Both the position numbers and the translations under genes were made by a program. The notes beneath the pieces are model-generated. The model was not told the origin of the DNA. It worked only from the letters and a program-made list of their open reading frames with translations, and ran no database searches. DNA of 48,809 nucleotides. Source: a virus. Lineage: Duplodnaviria; Caudoviricetes. Shown piece by piece: positions 37,849 through 47,384 of the stretch. The stretch spans positions 1 to 48,809 of IMG/VR virus record IMGVR_UViG_3300033512_000145; one strand, 5' to 3'. Numbering within the stretch: position 1 is the stretch's first letter; the number at the start of each line of letters is the position of its first letter.

Positions 37849-39441
37849 ATGAAAAAACTTTTACTCTGCATCCTCATAACCCTGGCACTGGTCGGGCAGG
37901 CTTTGGGGGCTGATTGCGGCGGGGAAACTCCATGCGCTTGCGGTGACACAGTAACGTCAAGCTATACTCTGCAAACAGATTTGAATTGTACAAATGCGGG
38001 AAATTGTTTAAACGCCGGAGCCAATGATATCATAATCGATCTAAACGGCCATACAATCTCTGGTGATGATACAAACACCGTCTCCATAATTGACGTTAAT
38101 AATTTTACGGGCGTTGAGATAAAAAACGGAACGGTTGAAGATGGCACAACCGATGGGATTCAGTTCCGTGGAACAAGCACTGGGACAGTCAATGACATAG
38201 TTTCAAGTTCGCATGGCAACCAGGGATTTCAGATGGAAGACTCTGCGGTTGTCACATTTAACAGGATTACCGGGGACAACAATGCCGATGATGGTTTTTC
38301 TATGCACGGAACTGGTACGGCTGTAATCAACACGGGAACCTTTGATGGTAATGTCGAAGGAATTAATATTATAGATGATACAACTCTAACAGCCTATAAT
38401 ATTACTACGACAGGAAATACAACTTATTCTATTCGTCTATCAGATATTGCTGGTACCGCAGACAATGGGCCTACCGCTAATTTTTATGCGTTAATCGCTA
38501 CTTCAAAAATTGTAGCTGGATTAAAAGCGGATTTGTTAATACGAAGGGGGGATATTACAAGTTCTGGTGCCGCAGATCACTCTATACAGTTGGACCCCGA
38601 TGCTGGAACAGATGGAAATTTAGACATCGCTTATAGTATAATTAGAAACGTGTCTGTAAATAAGTTCGGCATAGCAGGAGGTGCAACATCTATCGTTAAA
38701 TGTAATAATGTTGTTTTTTCTGATGAGGTAAAAACCGGAAAAGGAGTATATTTATTAGCAGATGCAATTTTAAATAATTGTATATTTAATAACCTTGTTA
38801 CAGGTATACATCGTGGTGGTGGAACAATAGTTGCTAAAAACTCTATTCTTTACGGAAATACCAGTGCGACTGTAGGAACCGTAACACTTACTGATTGTTC
38901 AACAAGCGACCCTATTTTTGTTTCCGCAACTGACTTCAACTTGAGTGCAGGAAGCCCGGCCATAGGAGCCGGAATCCCGGTCACAGACATCCACACCAAT
39001 GCAACCCCGGCAACCGACATCCTTGGCAGACCCGTTCTTTTCACGCCCAATAGCGGTGCATACGATGGCAGGACATCCTTGACAATAACAGAAGACGACT
39101 ATACCCCCACAGGCTACGCAGTCCGGGCAGGGGCAGAGATTGTTTATCATGGTGGTGGGCATCTTGATCTATCTGGACTCACGGATACCGGGGAAATCAC
39201 GGTTAAGCTCAGGTCAAAAACACTTACTCAATTCACACCCAACGGTGAAGATACTCAACTGCTTGCACGGTCCGGTGGAGGGATGCTGAGTGTCGGCGGA
39301 GGATTAAGCGGTATTCGTTTCCTCGGCGGGTTTGGTGGGTGGAAAGATGTTACCAACCAGTATATTGGAATAGCTTATGATGGTGTTTGGTCTGCGTATG
39401 AAACCATATGGGGCCTAAATTATACAAAAGGATGGTTATAA
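37849..39441 (+). CDS. Right-handed beta-helix (pectin-lyase-like) protein with signal peptide
   Basis: IIDLNGHTISG, DGIQF/DGFSM repeats, DFNLSAGSPAIGAG; MKKLLLCILITLALVGQALGA. Confidence 0.8.
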   Translation: MKKLLLCILITLALVGQALGADCGGETPCACGDTVTSSYTLQTDLNCTNAGNCLNAGANDIIIDLNGHTISGDDTNTVSIIDVNNFTGVEIKNGTVEDGTTDGIQFRGTSTGTVNDIVSSSHGNQGFQMEDSAVVTFNRITGDNNADDGFSMHGTGTAVINTGTFDGNVEGINIIDDTTLTAYNITTTGNTTYSIRLSDIAGTADNGPTANFYALIATSKIVAGLKADLLIRRGDITSSGAADHSIQLDPDAGTDGNLDIAYSIIRNVSVNKFGIAGGATSIVKCNNVVFSDEVKTGKGVYLLADAILNNCIFNNLVTGIHRGGGTIVAKNSILYGNTSATVGTVTLTDCSTSDPIFVSATDFNLSAGSPAIGAGIPVTDIHTNATPATDILGRPVLFTPNSGAYDGRTSLTITEDDYTPTGYAVRAGAEIVYHGGGHLDLSGLTDTGEITVKLRSKTLTQFTPNGEDTQLLARSGGGMLSVGGGLSGIRFLGGFGGWKDVTNQYIGIAYDGVWSAYETIWGLNYTKGWL

Positions 39442-41666
39442 TGAAAAAATATCTTTTAGGGATTTTATTTATTTTTATTTTTGTGGGTCAAGCGCTTTCT
39501 TTGACAATTACGACAGTGGATAATGTTGGAACGCTTACCACCCCAAAATCAATGATGGGAGCTATTGATACCAACTTTGGTAATGTTAAGACGTTTATTG
39601 AAACGATTGATACAGAAGCTGAATTAAAATCTTTGTATAATCTTGAAATCGGTACAGATATCCAGGCTTATGATGCACTTCTTGCTGATATAGCTGGCCT
39701 TACAGACCCTGATGCAGACAGACTTCTTTTCTGGGATGATTCAGATGGTAATTTTGTTTTTCTTACTCTTGGTGAAAATCTTAGTATCACCGGCACAACC
39801 ATCAATGCAACTGGTGGAGCTGGATATGATAACCTTACTGAATTCGTAACCCAAACAGCACATAGAGTCTTTTATTCTGACGCTAATGGGGATGTGAAAG
39901 AGCTTGCTTTTGGCTCAGATGGTGAATATCTCAAATCAAACGGTGCTTCTGCTGCTCCTTCCTGGGCAACTCCTTCAGGTGCGGCGCATGATGCAGTGAC
40001 AATCGGTACGGCTAATGGTCTTTCCCTTGCCACGCAAGTCCTTTCCCTTGGAGTAGCTACCTCAGGAGTAGCTGGAGCTTTGAGTGCAGCAGATTGGACA
40101 ACCTTTAATAATAAACAAGCCGCACTTACTCCAGGAACAAGCTATCTTCGTCCTACAACTGATGTTGATGATGCTCCGGTAAACAACGAAACAGCCCAAC
40201 CGATTTCATCCAATTGGGCTTACGATCATGCAGCCGCAGCCGATCCTCATACAGGGTATATGCTTGAAAGTAACATTGGAACCGGGGCAAGTAATTATGT
40301 CCAGCTTAATGCCTCCTCTCAGCTTCCGGCAGTATCCGCCGCCTTGCTTACCAATTTCCCCACATTGAATCAGAATACAACTGGAAGTGCTGCTACTCTC
40401 ACAACTACCAGAGCAATTTACGGTAATAATTTTAATGGTTCAGCAGCTTTAACTCAGATTATTGCCTCAACGTATGGTGGAACTGGAAATGGATTTACTA
40501 AATTCACTGGGCCTACTACGGCTGAAAAGACTTTTACACTACCTGATGCAAACGCAACTTTGCTTTATTCAGGCGGTGCGTTAGGTACTCCGTCAGGTGG
40601 TACTCTTACAAACTGCACCTTTCCAACATTAAACCAAAATACAACCGGAAGCGCAGCCCTTGCAACTGAGGTTACGGCATCTGCCAATAACTCAACAAAT
40701 GAAACAGTTTATCCTGTCTTTGTTGATGGGGCCACTGGTTCTCAAGGTGCTGAAACAGATACCGGATGGACTTATAATCCTTCAACTGGGAATATGAGCA
40801 TTACAGGAGTTTTAACTTCTGCCGGTACTTCAATAGCTGCAACCGCTACTGGTGGGCAGTATACCTATTTCCTTGAAAATACAGACTTTGGAACAAACTT
40901 CGCTGGATGGGGTGTTTATGGAAATGTTTCAGCAAGCACAATTTATGCAATTCCTTTAGCTGCCCCTTCTGCCGGTCAGGTTATGGCTTTCGCTGTCCCA
41001 GGGGATCAGACTATGAGCGATGGGACAACTAAATCTGTTTCTGTCGGGTCTTGGGCCAGCCCATTAACCGCTGCTGCTATTGATACTTTTTCAGAACTTG
41101 ATACGATTGTTGCAGATAAGGCTCTTGTGAATAAAGCTGATGGCGCTGTCTGGTTAGGTGTACATGACTTTGGTGGAGCCACTTCTTTTGAACTCCCTAA
41201 CAGTGATGATACAGACGTTGATGCTGTAGGAGAAATTTCTCTTGATACAGATGGCTGGCTCCGGGTCTATAACGGAACGATTCAATACGGGAAACCCCTT
41301 TTAGAAACAATCCATGTAACTGTTGTGACTCCACAGGATTTGGCAAATGCACTCAGAGATGCCTTTCCGGTATGGACAAACACTTCTGGTATGAGCTTTA
41401 TAATTATGGCCTGGTACGCAGAGGCCGGAACAGATAACACCACGTTAAACATTGAAACCACAACCGGAACTGGTGGCACAAACGCCATAGTTGATGAGGT
41501 TGAGATAGCCACAGATGGAACAGGTATTTTTACAGCGAATGACAGCACGATCACAACAGGGACTATTGCAACTGGTTCCCGACTGCTTCTTGATTTTGAT
41601 GATACCGATGCTCCTACTTTTGTGAAATTATCCATAGTCGGTTATTATAATGGAGACGTAAACTAA
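39441..41666 (+). CDS. Long tail-fibre-like protein with signal peptide
   Basis: Start reassigned to 39441 (TAATG overlap); IGTDIQAYD, LSAADWTTFNNKQ, FPTLNQNTTGSAA twice; MKKYLLGILFIFIFVGQALS. Confidence 0.8.
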   Translation: MKKYLLGILFIFIFVGQALSLTITTVDNVGTLTTPKSMMGAIDTNFGNVKTFIETIDTEAELKSLYNLEIGTDIQAYDALLADIAGLTDPDADRLLFWDDSDGNFVFLTLGENLSITGTTINATGGAGYDNLTEFVTQTAHRVFYSDANGDVKELAFGSDGEYLKSNGASAAPSWATPSGAAHDAVTIGTANGLSLATQVLSLGVATSGVAGALSAADWTTFNNKQAALTPGTSYLRPTTDVDDAPVNNETAQPISSNWAYDHAAAADPHTGYMLESNIGTGASNYVQLNASSQLPAVSAALLTNFPTLNQNTTGSAATLTTTRAIYGNNFNGSAALTQIIASTYGGTGNGFTKFTGPTTAEKTFTLPDANATLLYSGGALGTPSGGTLTNCTFPTLNQNTTGSAALATEVTASANNSTNETVYPVFVDGATGSQGAETDTGWTYNPSTGNMSITGVLTSAGTSIAATATGGQYTYFLENTDFGTNFAGWGVYGNVSASTIYAIPLAAPSAGQVMAFAVPGDQTMSDGTTKSVSVGSWASPLTAAAIDTFSELDTIVADKALVNKADGAVWLGVHDFGGATSFELPNSDDTDVDAVGEISLDTDGWLRVYNGTIQYGKPLLETIHVTVVTPQDLANALRDAFPVWTNTSGMSFIIMAWYAEAGTDNTTLNIETTTGTGGTNAIVDEVEIATDGTGIFTANDSTITTGTIATGSRLLLDFDDTDAPTFVKLSIVGYYNGDVN

Positions 41667-42403
41667 TGAAAAAGTTAAGTTTAGTTCTCCTGTGTTTCTT
41701 TTGGTTTTCGGTATGCTCTGCTGATGTAAATGTGGTCGTTGGGCAGCCTATAGTAGCAGCCTCCGTAGATCCAACGCCGGATTTTCAGGCAAAGCTCGAC
41801 GACAATACAACCGGAACAACGGTTGTTGCGGCCTACGGATCAAATGCCACTTTGGTCAATGCCACCAATACCTCAGATGTCCATAACGCAGATGCAATTG
41901 AGGGGACCGGCTCTTTCGAAGGAGACGCCAATAATTTAGTTAGGATGACCCCCCCAGAAGCCTGGATGACGGATGAAGTTTTTACAGTTCAGCTCTCCAT
42001 TAAGGGAGATACTTCCGGTCTGCCTAATGCGTATGTTAGATTATTTGAGTCTTCTCTAGCAAATGCGTTGGTGCTGATGAGAAATAATTCGGATACCAGT
42101 CTTGTGCTATATGTAGGCGGCACAAACTCCGGAACTTTTACAGTTAACGATATTGACGACAACCAATGGCATACCCTGAGAATAGTTATTGACGGCACGA
42201 ACACTATTAGGATGTATCAAAAGACTGAATCAGGAGCTTGGTCTTCTGCCGGGACATCAGAAACTAATCCAGGGAATATAACAACATTTACGGCACTTTC
42301 CTTTGGCAATGATGGTGCTGGAGTAAAACCCTGGGGATCAGCGACCGGGACGTACCTTATCGACAATTTAATAATCTGGAATTCCGTGGCGGTTCCAGAA
42401 TGA
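41666..42403 (+). CDS. LamG/concanavalin-like lectin-domain protein with signal peptide
   Basis: IDDNQWHTLRIVIDG...IRMY...IDNLIIWN; MKKLSLVLLCFFWFSVCSA. Confidence 0.8.
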   Translation: MKKLSLVLLCFFWFSVCSADVNVVVGQPIVAASVDPTPDFQAKLDDNTTGTTVVAAYGSNATLVNATNTSDVHNADAIEGTGSFEGDANNLVRMTPPEAWMTDEVFTVQLSIKGDTSGLPNAYVRLFESSLANALVLMRNNSDTSLVLYVGGTNSGTFTVNDIDDNQWHTLRIVIDGTNTIRMYQKTESGAWSSAGTSETNPGNITTFTALSFGNDGAGVKPWGSATGTYLIDNLIIWNSVAVPE

Positions 42404-43632
42404 AGAAATTATACTATGTTTTAATATTTTTGACCATAGCTTCTGTTTGTTCGGCAGATTGGAGAGCAGAACTTGAGGCCGCTTTCCCTGATGGAGTTGT
42501 TCTTGAATTCTCTAATTATAACGATTGGGGGATTGATATCTCAGGGTCTGCAAGCAAACAAACATCAGGTCTCCCTACGGTAACAGCCGGTTCAAACGAA
42601 ATAGATGCGTATTTTTCTGTAATAAGCCTGGATAATAATGCTATCGGCGAATTTCCGATCTCGTGGATTGGTAAAAGTATGAGGACCGGATTTGATCAAA
42701 TGGGAGAAGCCCCGAGTGCTTTAATCTCTTGGTATGCAGAGGGGGCTAATTTGGGATACCCAGATCAATACATCTTTATGATGTTCCATGTACCAAAGAC
42801 AAGTATTCCGTACAATTTGGCATGGAATGAGAGTTATCCAGATGTCGATACGGGTGTGGGAAATCCTTGGTATGGTTTTGTCGCCTGGAAAATATTTGAT
42901 GTTGCGACGGGGTTTGAATCGTCCGTAGCTTTTGGAAACAGTACCTTGAGATCCCACATAGCTTCCGACAGTGTGAAAGAAACTTATGGGGAAAACTTTG
43001 CAATAGTCAACCTTTTTGGATACACATATAACTCAAAAAAATTTCAGCTTTCCTGGCCGATAGCGATGTCAGATTGTTCTGGATACACCAATGATGATGT
43101 GGATGGTTTAAGTAATGCATCAATAACAGGAGGGATTTGGAATTCTGGTTCAAAAGCAATTATCTGGGATTTCGATGTGGGTCAATATTTATGGGCCGGG
43201 GAGTGGTTTGGAGTAGAGTGGAGGTTTAATCGTGGCACGGTCAATACTGCGGATGCCAGAGTGGATTTATGGATTTACGATTCAGATGGCACAGAGGTTT
43301 TTCATGGTTATGCCATCGGTTTTGTGGGATTGAATAGCTGTGAGGTTGGTGGAGTGACTTATTTTGACGATGAATTCAATAATTTCAATAAATTTACCAC
43401 AGGATCAAACAGGCTAAACGGAACACCTGGATATACCACTTGTGCGGGCGTCCCCTGTGATGAAAGGCCAGATGGTTATAAAGAATTTCAAGAGCCTTCT
43501 GTCACAACAGACACTATCTATATGGATGATATTATATTTAATGGTGACCGAATAGGAACAACCTATTTCACCCTTTTATTAGGGGCAGAGCCCGCCAGTT
43601 CAACAGCCAGCGGAACAGCAAGCAGAAGATAA
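42400..43632 (+). CDS. Jelly-roll (lectin/polysaccharide-lyase-like) protein with signal peptide
   Basis: GEWFGVEWRF...VDLWI...IYMDDIIF; MKKLYYVLIFLTIASVCSA. Confidence 0.65.
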   Translation: MKKLYYVLIFLTIASVCSADWRAELEAAFPDGVVLEFSNYNDWGIDISGSASKQTSGLPTVTAGSNEIDAYFSVISLDNNAIGEFPISWIGKSMRTGFDQMGEAPSALISWYAEGANLGYPDQYIFMMFHVPKTSIPYNLAWNESYPDVDTGVGNPWYGFVAWKIFDVATGFESSVAFGNSTLRSHIASDSVKETYGENFAIVNLFGYTYNSKKFQLSWPIAMSDCSGYTNDDVDGLSNASITGGIWNSGSKAIIWDFDVGQYLWAGEWFGVEWRFNRGTVNTADARVDLWIYDSDGTEVFHGYAIGFVGLNSCEVGGVTYFDDEFNNFNKFTTGSNRLNGTPGYTTCAGVPCDERPDGYKEFQEPSVTTDTIYMDDIIFNGDRIGTTYFTLLLGAEPASSTASGTASRR

Positions 43633-43970
43633 TGAAATCAGGACACTCTTACAGTAAAGGATTCTCTACAATGGCGGATAAAATTAACTCATTCCAGTCT
43701 TTTTTGATTAAATGGTCTTACACCCTACTACCTTTTTTTATGATGCTTTGCGTTGCAATGGCATACAGGATGTACGAGCAGCAGAATATGAGGATAGATA
43801 CAAAGGCAGATAAGGCAGCATACGAGGAGAGTTGTAGGCGGTTTGATGAGAGATTAGCATCAACAAGTATCAGGCAAGACTACCAGAGAGATATACAGGT
43901 TAAACAGCTTGAGATGTTGGCAGACATTAAAATGCAGCTTGTAGTGATGAATAAGAAAGGTGAAAAATGA
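43632..43970 (+). CDS. Single-TM protein with coiled coil (holin/lysis accessory candidate)
   Basis: One hydrophobic segment; directly before the endolysin candidate. Confidence 0.55.
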   Translation: MKSGHSYSKGFSTMADKINSFQSFLIKWSYTLLPFFMMLCVAMAYRMYEQQNMRIDTKADKAAYEESCRRFDERLASTSIRQDYQRDIQVKQLEMLADIKMQLVVMNKKGEK

Positions 43971-44290
43971 GAATAGATATTATGCAACTCAAGTTTATTG
44001 ATATTAAGCTTAGAAAACTTGCAGTGTCTGTAGAATCATATTTGGGAGATGAACAAACGATCACAGGTCTTTACAGAATAGGTGATAATGGAGTTCATGG
44101 TACACTCCCATTAAGAGGGCTTGACCTAAGATGCCAAGACGATGAACTTGGTGAAAAGATAGCAAGATACGTAAAGTCCCATTACGTTTATGATCCAAAA
44201 CAGCCTGATAAAAATTGCTGTTTATACCATAATGTAGGGTGGGGTAAGCACATTCATTTGCAGGTCCATGATAATACTATAGAGGCGTAA
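43967..44290 (+). CDS. Peptidase M15-like Zn endolysin
   Basis: ITGLYR...VH...RGLDLR...HIHLQ. Confidence 0.7.
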   Translation: MRIDIMQLKFIDIKLRKLAVSVESYLGDEQTITGLYRIGDNGVHGTLPLRGLDLRCQDDELGEKIARYVKSHYVYDPKQPDKNCCLYHNVGWGKHIHLQVHDNTIEA

Positions 44291-44299
44291 TGTTTTTCT

Positions 44300-44328
44300 T
44301 TGATATATCAAGCAATGTGCGATATATT
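44300..44328 (+). promoter_or_regulatory. Possible sigma70 promoter inside the lysis cluster
   Basis: TTGATA-17 nt-TATATT. Confidence 0.4.
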
Positions 44329-44383
44329 ATATATGCGGATAGGCTTAGCGGCTGAACCAACCTTATAAAGATGGAGAAAAAAG

Positions 44384-44623
44384 ATGGACAGAGATCCTTG
44401 GTATTTGAGCAAAAGGAATTATGCCGCCCTGATCCTGTTGATTGTCACGGGTGCGAAGCTGTTTGACATTGAACTGGATTCTCAGTTTCAGGAAAACCTC
44501 ATGAACTTTATGTCCTCCGCCGGGATTGTTGTTGCTGGAGTGCTGGCTTTGTGGAGCAAGCGAAACGAGAAAAAGAAGGTGGACGACAGACCCTCCCCGC
44601 CTGTCATCAACCCCAATGCGTGA
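44384..44623 (+). CDS. Holin-like two-TM protein
   Basis: PWYLSK, two TM segments, basic C-terminus. Confidence 0.7.
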   Translation: MDRDPWYLSKRNYAALILLIVTGAKLFDIELDSQFQENLMNFMSSAGIVVAGVLALWSKRNEKKKVDDRPSPPVINPNA

Positions 44624-44631
44624 GGTGATCC

Positions 44632-45165
44632 ATGCTTACAGCAGAAAGACTCTTATCATTGCCCCGATACCTTGAATACGTCCAATTCCAGGGGATTTCC
44701 CCGACCTCAAGAATCATCCAGAAGTTCACTGGCGGGCAGGATTCTCACTCCGCCGTCCTTGACCGGGAGGCAGTGGACCCCACCCGGCAACTCATCGAGC
44801 AATGGCCGCACGTCGGCGGAATAAAAGCCTGGATGGATTGGAGCCCGTGGGAAAGTCATACCAAGGGAACGCCCTATGAAATCTGGTCGCTGGAAGTCCC
44901 TGCGGATTGCTACGAGTGGGTCATGAACCAATACCGTGCGGCTGCGGAGCGAAAAGAAGAATATGACTGGTCAGGAATTGTTGGATTCCTTGGGATCGGG
45001 AGGGATGATCCGAAGAAAACCTTTTGTTCTGAGATCATGTTCAAACATCTGGCCCAATATCGGAACTGGACACGGCTCAAGCCGTCAAAGGTCCACCCGA
45101 CCATGTGGGGAAATATCCTGGAATGTATCGGGGCGAAATTGACGCAGAGAGGGATTGTTGATTAA
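44632..45165 (+). CDS. Permuted papain-like NlpC/P60 (YaeF/YiiX-type) hydrolase
   Basis: SHSA (His) precedes YDW...FCSEI (Cys). Confidence 0.8.
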   Translation: MLTAERLLSLPRYLEYVQFQGISPTSRIIQKFTGGQDSHSAVLDREAVDPTRQLIEQWPHVGGIKAWMDWSPWESHTKGTPYEIWSLEVPADCYEWVMNQYRAAAERKEEYDWSGIVGFLGIGRDDPKKTFCSEIMFKHLAQYRNWTRLKPSKVHPTMWGNILECIGAKLTQRGIVD

Positions 45166-45220
45166 CCTTTTAAAAAAGGCATCTCATGTGGAATATCGAA
45201 CAGGTTTCAGAAAATTTTTA

Positions 45221-45249
45221 TTGACTTAACAGCTTTATTTTGATATTCT
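45221..45249 (+). promoter_or_regulatory. Sigma70 promoter with extended -10
   Basis: TTGACT-17 nt-TATTCT, preceded by TGn. Confidence 0.65.
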
Positions 45250-45255
45250 ATATTC

Positions 45256-45360
45256 TAATCCGTGCCGCTCAGGTGTGCGAATCCATGGTATGCACGATAA
45301 GACCTGGGCGGTTATTTTAAAACGCTGGTTGCGGGGATACTGCTTCCAGCGTTTTTTTTA
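45256..45360 (+). ncRNA. Candidate ~105-nt small RNA
   Basis: Promoter, then ccgctcaggt/acctgggcgg stem, then terminator; no credible ORF. Confidence 0.45.
45319..45359. terminator. Bidirectional intrinsic terminator
   Basis: aaaacgctgg...ccagcgtttttttt between convergent genes. Confidence 0.75.
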
Positions 45361-45552
45361 TTTTTCATTTTGGTCTTCGAGATACCATTCTGCAAACTGC
45401 TTAAACCTATACATACTGATTTTTATATCCGCCGGTCCGATACTTAACAGCACGATCCCAGGCCTGACCCTGATAGAATCATTGTTCAAAGTAAGCCCTG
45501 AATGGTCTAAATCGTTGGCTTCTTCCATTGATTTGCAATCACACGGACGCAT
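45358..45552 (-). CDS. Hypothetical protein
   Basis: aaggagg RBS. Confidence 0.65.
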   Translation of the reverse strand: MRPCDCKSMEEANDLDHSGLTLNNDSIRVRPGIVLLSIGPADIKISMYRFKQFAEWYLEDQNEK

Positions 45553-45876
45553 TTATTTTTCCTCCTTCTCATACGGCGGCGCCTGGATGCCCCGGCAAAA
45601 AGCACGGCCAATATTCCTATTATTGAGACCGGCCCATTTTCTAATGATCAACCCGACTATTCCGGTTTCCAGAGACGGCCATGATTCATGGCAAGCTTTT
45701 CCGTCTATCCAGCCGTAGAATTCTGTTTTATCGGAGAACCAACGAGTGCGTCGTGAATCCTCATATTTATATGGATGATACTCAAGCAGCGCATACGGCC
45801 CGATCTCATACCAGGCTATCGGCTTGCCCCAGGAGAATTTTCCGGTCTTTTTGATTTCTTCGATTGATGTTGGCAT
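45553..45876 (-). CDS. Hypothetical protein
   Basis: ggag RBS, packed operon. Confidence 0.7.
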   Translation of the reverse strand: MPTSIEEIKKTGKFSWGKPIAWYEIGPYALLEYHPYKYEDSRRTRWFSDKTEFYGWIDGKACHESWPSLETGIVGLIIRKWAGLNNRNIGRAFCRGIQAPPYEKEEK

Positions 45877-45882
45877 TTATTT

Positions 45883-46038
45883 TTACTCCATATTTTTAAT
45901 CTCAGCTTCAATATATTCGATGTATGCCTGAGCTTCACGCACTAAAACAACTATCTCCGCTGCCAAAGTTTCTCTATCTTTAACAACCTTTGCAACTGTC
46001 AAATAATACTCAAAATCCGGTCTTTCTGGTTTGTTCAT
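45883..46038 (-). CDS. Small helical hypothetical protein (51 aa)
   Basis: Not in ORF track; MNKPERPDFEYYL...; ATGA overlap with the upstream ORF. Confidence 0.55.
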   Translation of the reverse strand: MNKPERPDFEYYLTVAKVVKDRETLAAEIVVLVREAQAYIEYIEAEIKNME

Positions 46039-46214
46039 TTCAACCTAGGCTCTATGTGTTCCTGGGTGATGGTTATTTCGTAAACCATTTCAGTTGAAAA
46101 TGGGAAAATATAAATCCATCCGTTATATACCCGCATTACAATTATGTCGGAATTTGCGTCAATTGGTCTTCTTTCATGCAGCCTCATGTCTTTCAATTCT
46201 TGCTCGGTCATCAT
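46035..46214 (-). CDS. Small hypothetical protein (MMTEQELKDMRLHE...MRVYNGWIY)
   Basis: Not in ORF track; RBS present; fills the operon gap. Confidence 0.6.
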   Translation of the reverse strand: MMTEQELKDMRLHERRPIDANSDIIVMRVYNGWIYIFPFSTEMVYEITITQEHIEPRLK

Positions 46215-46433
46215 TCACCTTCCTTTCTTCCTCGGTTTCTTTCTAAGTTGTTGATTAACCTTCCCGTCAGCCCATATACCAGGCATATCAATCCCCGCCC
46301 CATACTTCTCAATATGCGCCTTGACAGGGTCCCAGAAAAAATAATTATACTTCTGATTTTCCGGTATCTCCCCACAAGCCAGTGAACCGGACAGCAGGAG
46401 AATGAGCAAGATGAAGATTAACAATGGTTTCAT
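46215..46433 (-). CDS. Small exported/lipoprotein-like protein
   Basis: MKPLLIFILLILLLSGSLAC signal-like N-terminus. Confidence 0.6.
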   Translation of the reverse strand: MKPLLIFILLILLLSGSLACGEIPENQKYNYFFWDPVKAHIEKYGAGIDMPGIWADGKVNQQLRKKPRKKGR

Positions 46434-46618
46434 TTGAACAAGTTCCCCCTGGGAACAACTATCTTTCTATCCTCGATTTGAACAAGACAATTTTTTGTTT
46501 TAGGCCCTGATGCCACGGTTAAGACGGTCCCGGCTGTCAAATGCAGCCCAGTTTCTTGTCTCAGGCTTGGCCGGTATCTGATCAATACTTTTTGGCCGGG
46601 CTTTGGTTGGTAGATCAT
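46430..46618 (-). CDS. Small SH3/KOW-like hypothetical protein
   Basis: PKPGQKVLIRY...GTVL...VVPRGNL. Confidence 0.55.
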   Translation of the reverse strand: MIYQPKPGQKVLIRYRPSLRQETGLHLTAGTVLTVASGPKTKNCLVQIEDRKIVVPRGNLFK

Positions 46619-47010
46619 CCCTCATCCTCCCAATATTTTTCGATCAATTCACATATCTTCGCCCTGGCCGCAGGGGTGACTTTGGACAGGCACTTCTCAG
46701 GTACTTGCCAGCCGCATTCATCCATGTGGTCAGAAAACGTATCCCATAATGTTTCAAACGCCCAATTATCGAAGAAGTTATCACGGAAAGAAAGACAGTC
46801 GGCACAAGTGTGATGGGTATATGCCTTGCCATCATATTCCCCCCTGTACCATTCAAAAATATCCCCCTTATTTATTTGCCTGCCACATTCCCCGCATTTC
46901 AAGACAAGCAAGTCTGAATTGTTTGTTAAAACTTCCCGCTGCGTGTTTTCGTATCCATCGCCATCATATCCATCTATTGAACATGAGCATTCCATCATTC
47001 CACCTCCCAA
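46615..47010 (-). CDS. Zn-finger hypothetical protein
   Basis: CSC, CGECG, TCADC. Confidence 0.7.
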   Translation of the reverse strand: MGGGMMECSCSIDGYDGDGYENTQREVLTNNSDLLVLKCGECGRQINKGDIFEWYRGEYDGKAYTHHTCADCLSFRDNFFDNWAFETLWDTFSDHMDECGWQVPEKCLSKVTPAARAKICELIEKYWEDEG

Positions 47011-47378
47011 TTATGCCCGCAGTTTTCGCAGTACAGGACCGGATCGGGCTCGCCGCACTTCGGGCAATAAACACAACGCTCACCCCTTAATCTTGCTATT
47101 TCTTCCTTAAGCTCAAGGTTGATCTGAGCTGGGGTTTTGCCTTCCGATCTCTGGACAATTATTTCAAGCGGCCCGGTGCCTTTGTGCCAGCACTGGACAG
47201 AGACATAATTAACGCCCTTGGCATTCTTGAAATATTTTGCCATCTCTTCGGCAAAATAAACGACATATTCATGCTCTACCACCATAGATGCCTTGCCGGT
47301 CACAAAATCAATTTGCATTCCAGAGACGGGTAGGAATCCTTCCGGCGGTTTCTTTTTTTTGAACCAGTTGAACATCAC
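46995..47378 (-). CDS. Hypothetical protein with C-terminal Zn ribbon
   Basis: CPKCG...CENCG; aaggag RBS. Confidence 0.7.
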   Translation of the reverse strand: MMFNWFKKKKPPEGFLPVSGMQIDFVTGKASMVVEHEYVVYFAEEMAKYFKNAKGVNYVSVQCWHKGTGPLEIIVQRSEGKTPAQINLELKEEIARLRGERCVYCPKCGEPDPVLYCENCGHNWEVE

Positions 47379-47384
47379 ATCTCC

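Noticed and set aside
45275-45718. 147-aa plus-strand ORF
   Set aside because: Runs through a terminator and antisense to two RBS-led genes.
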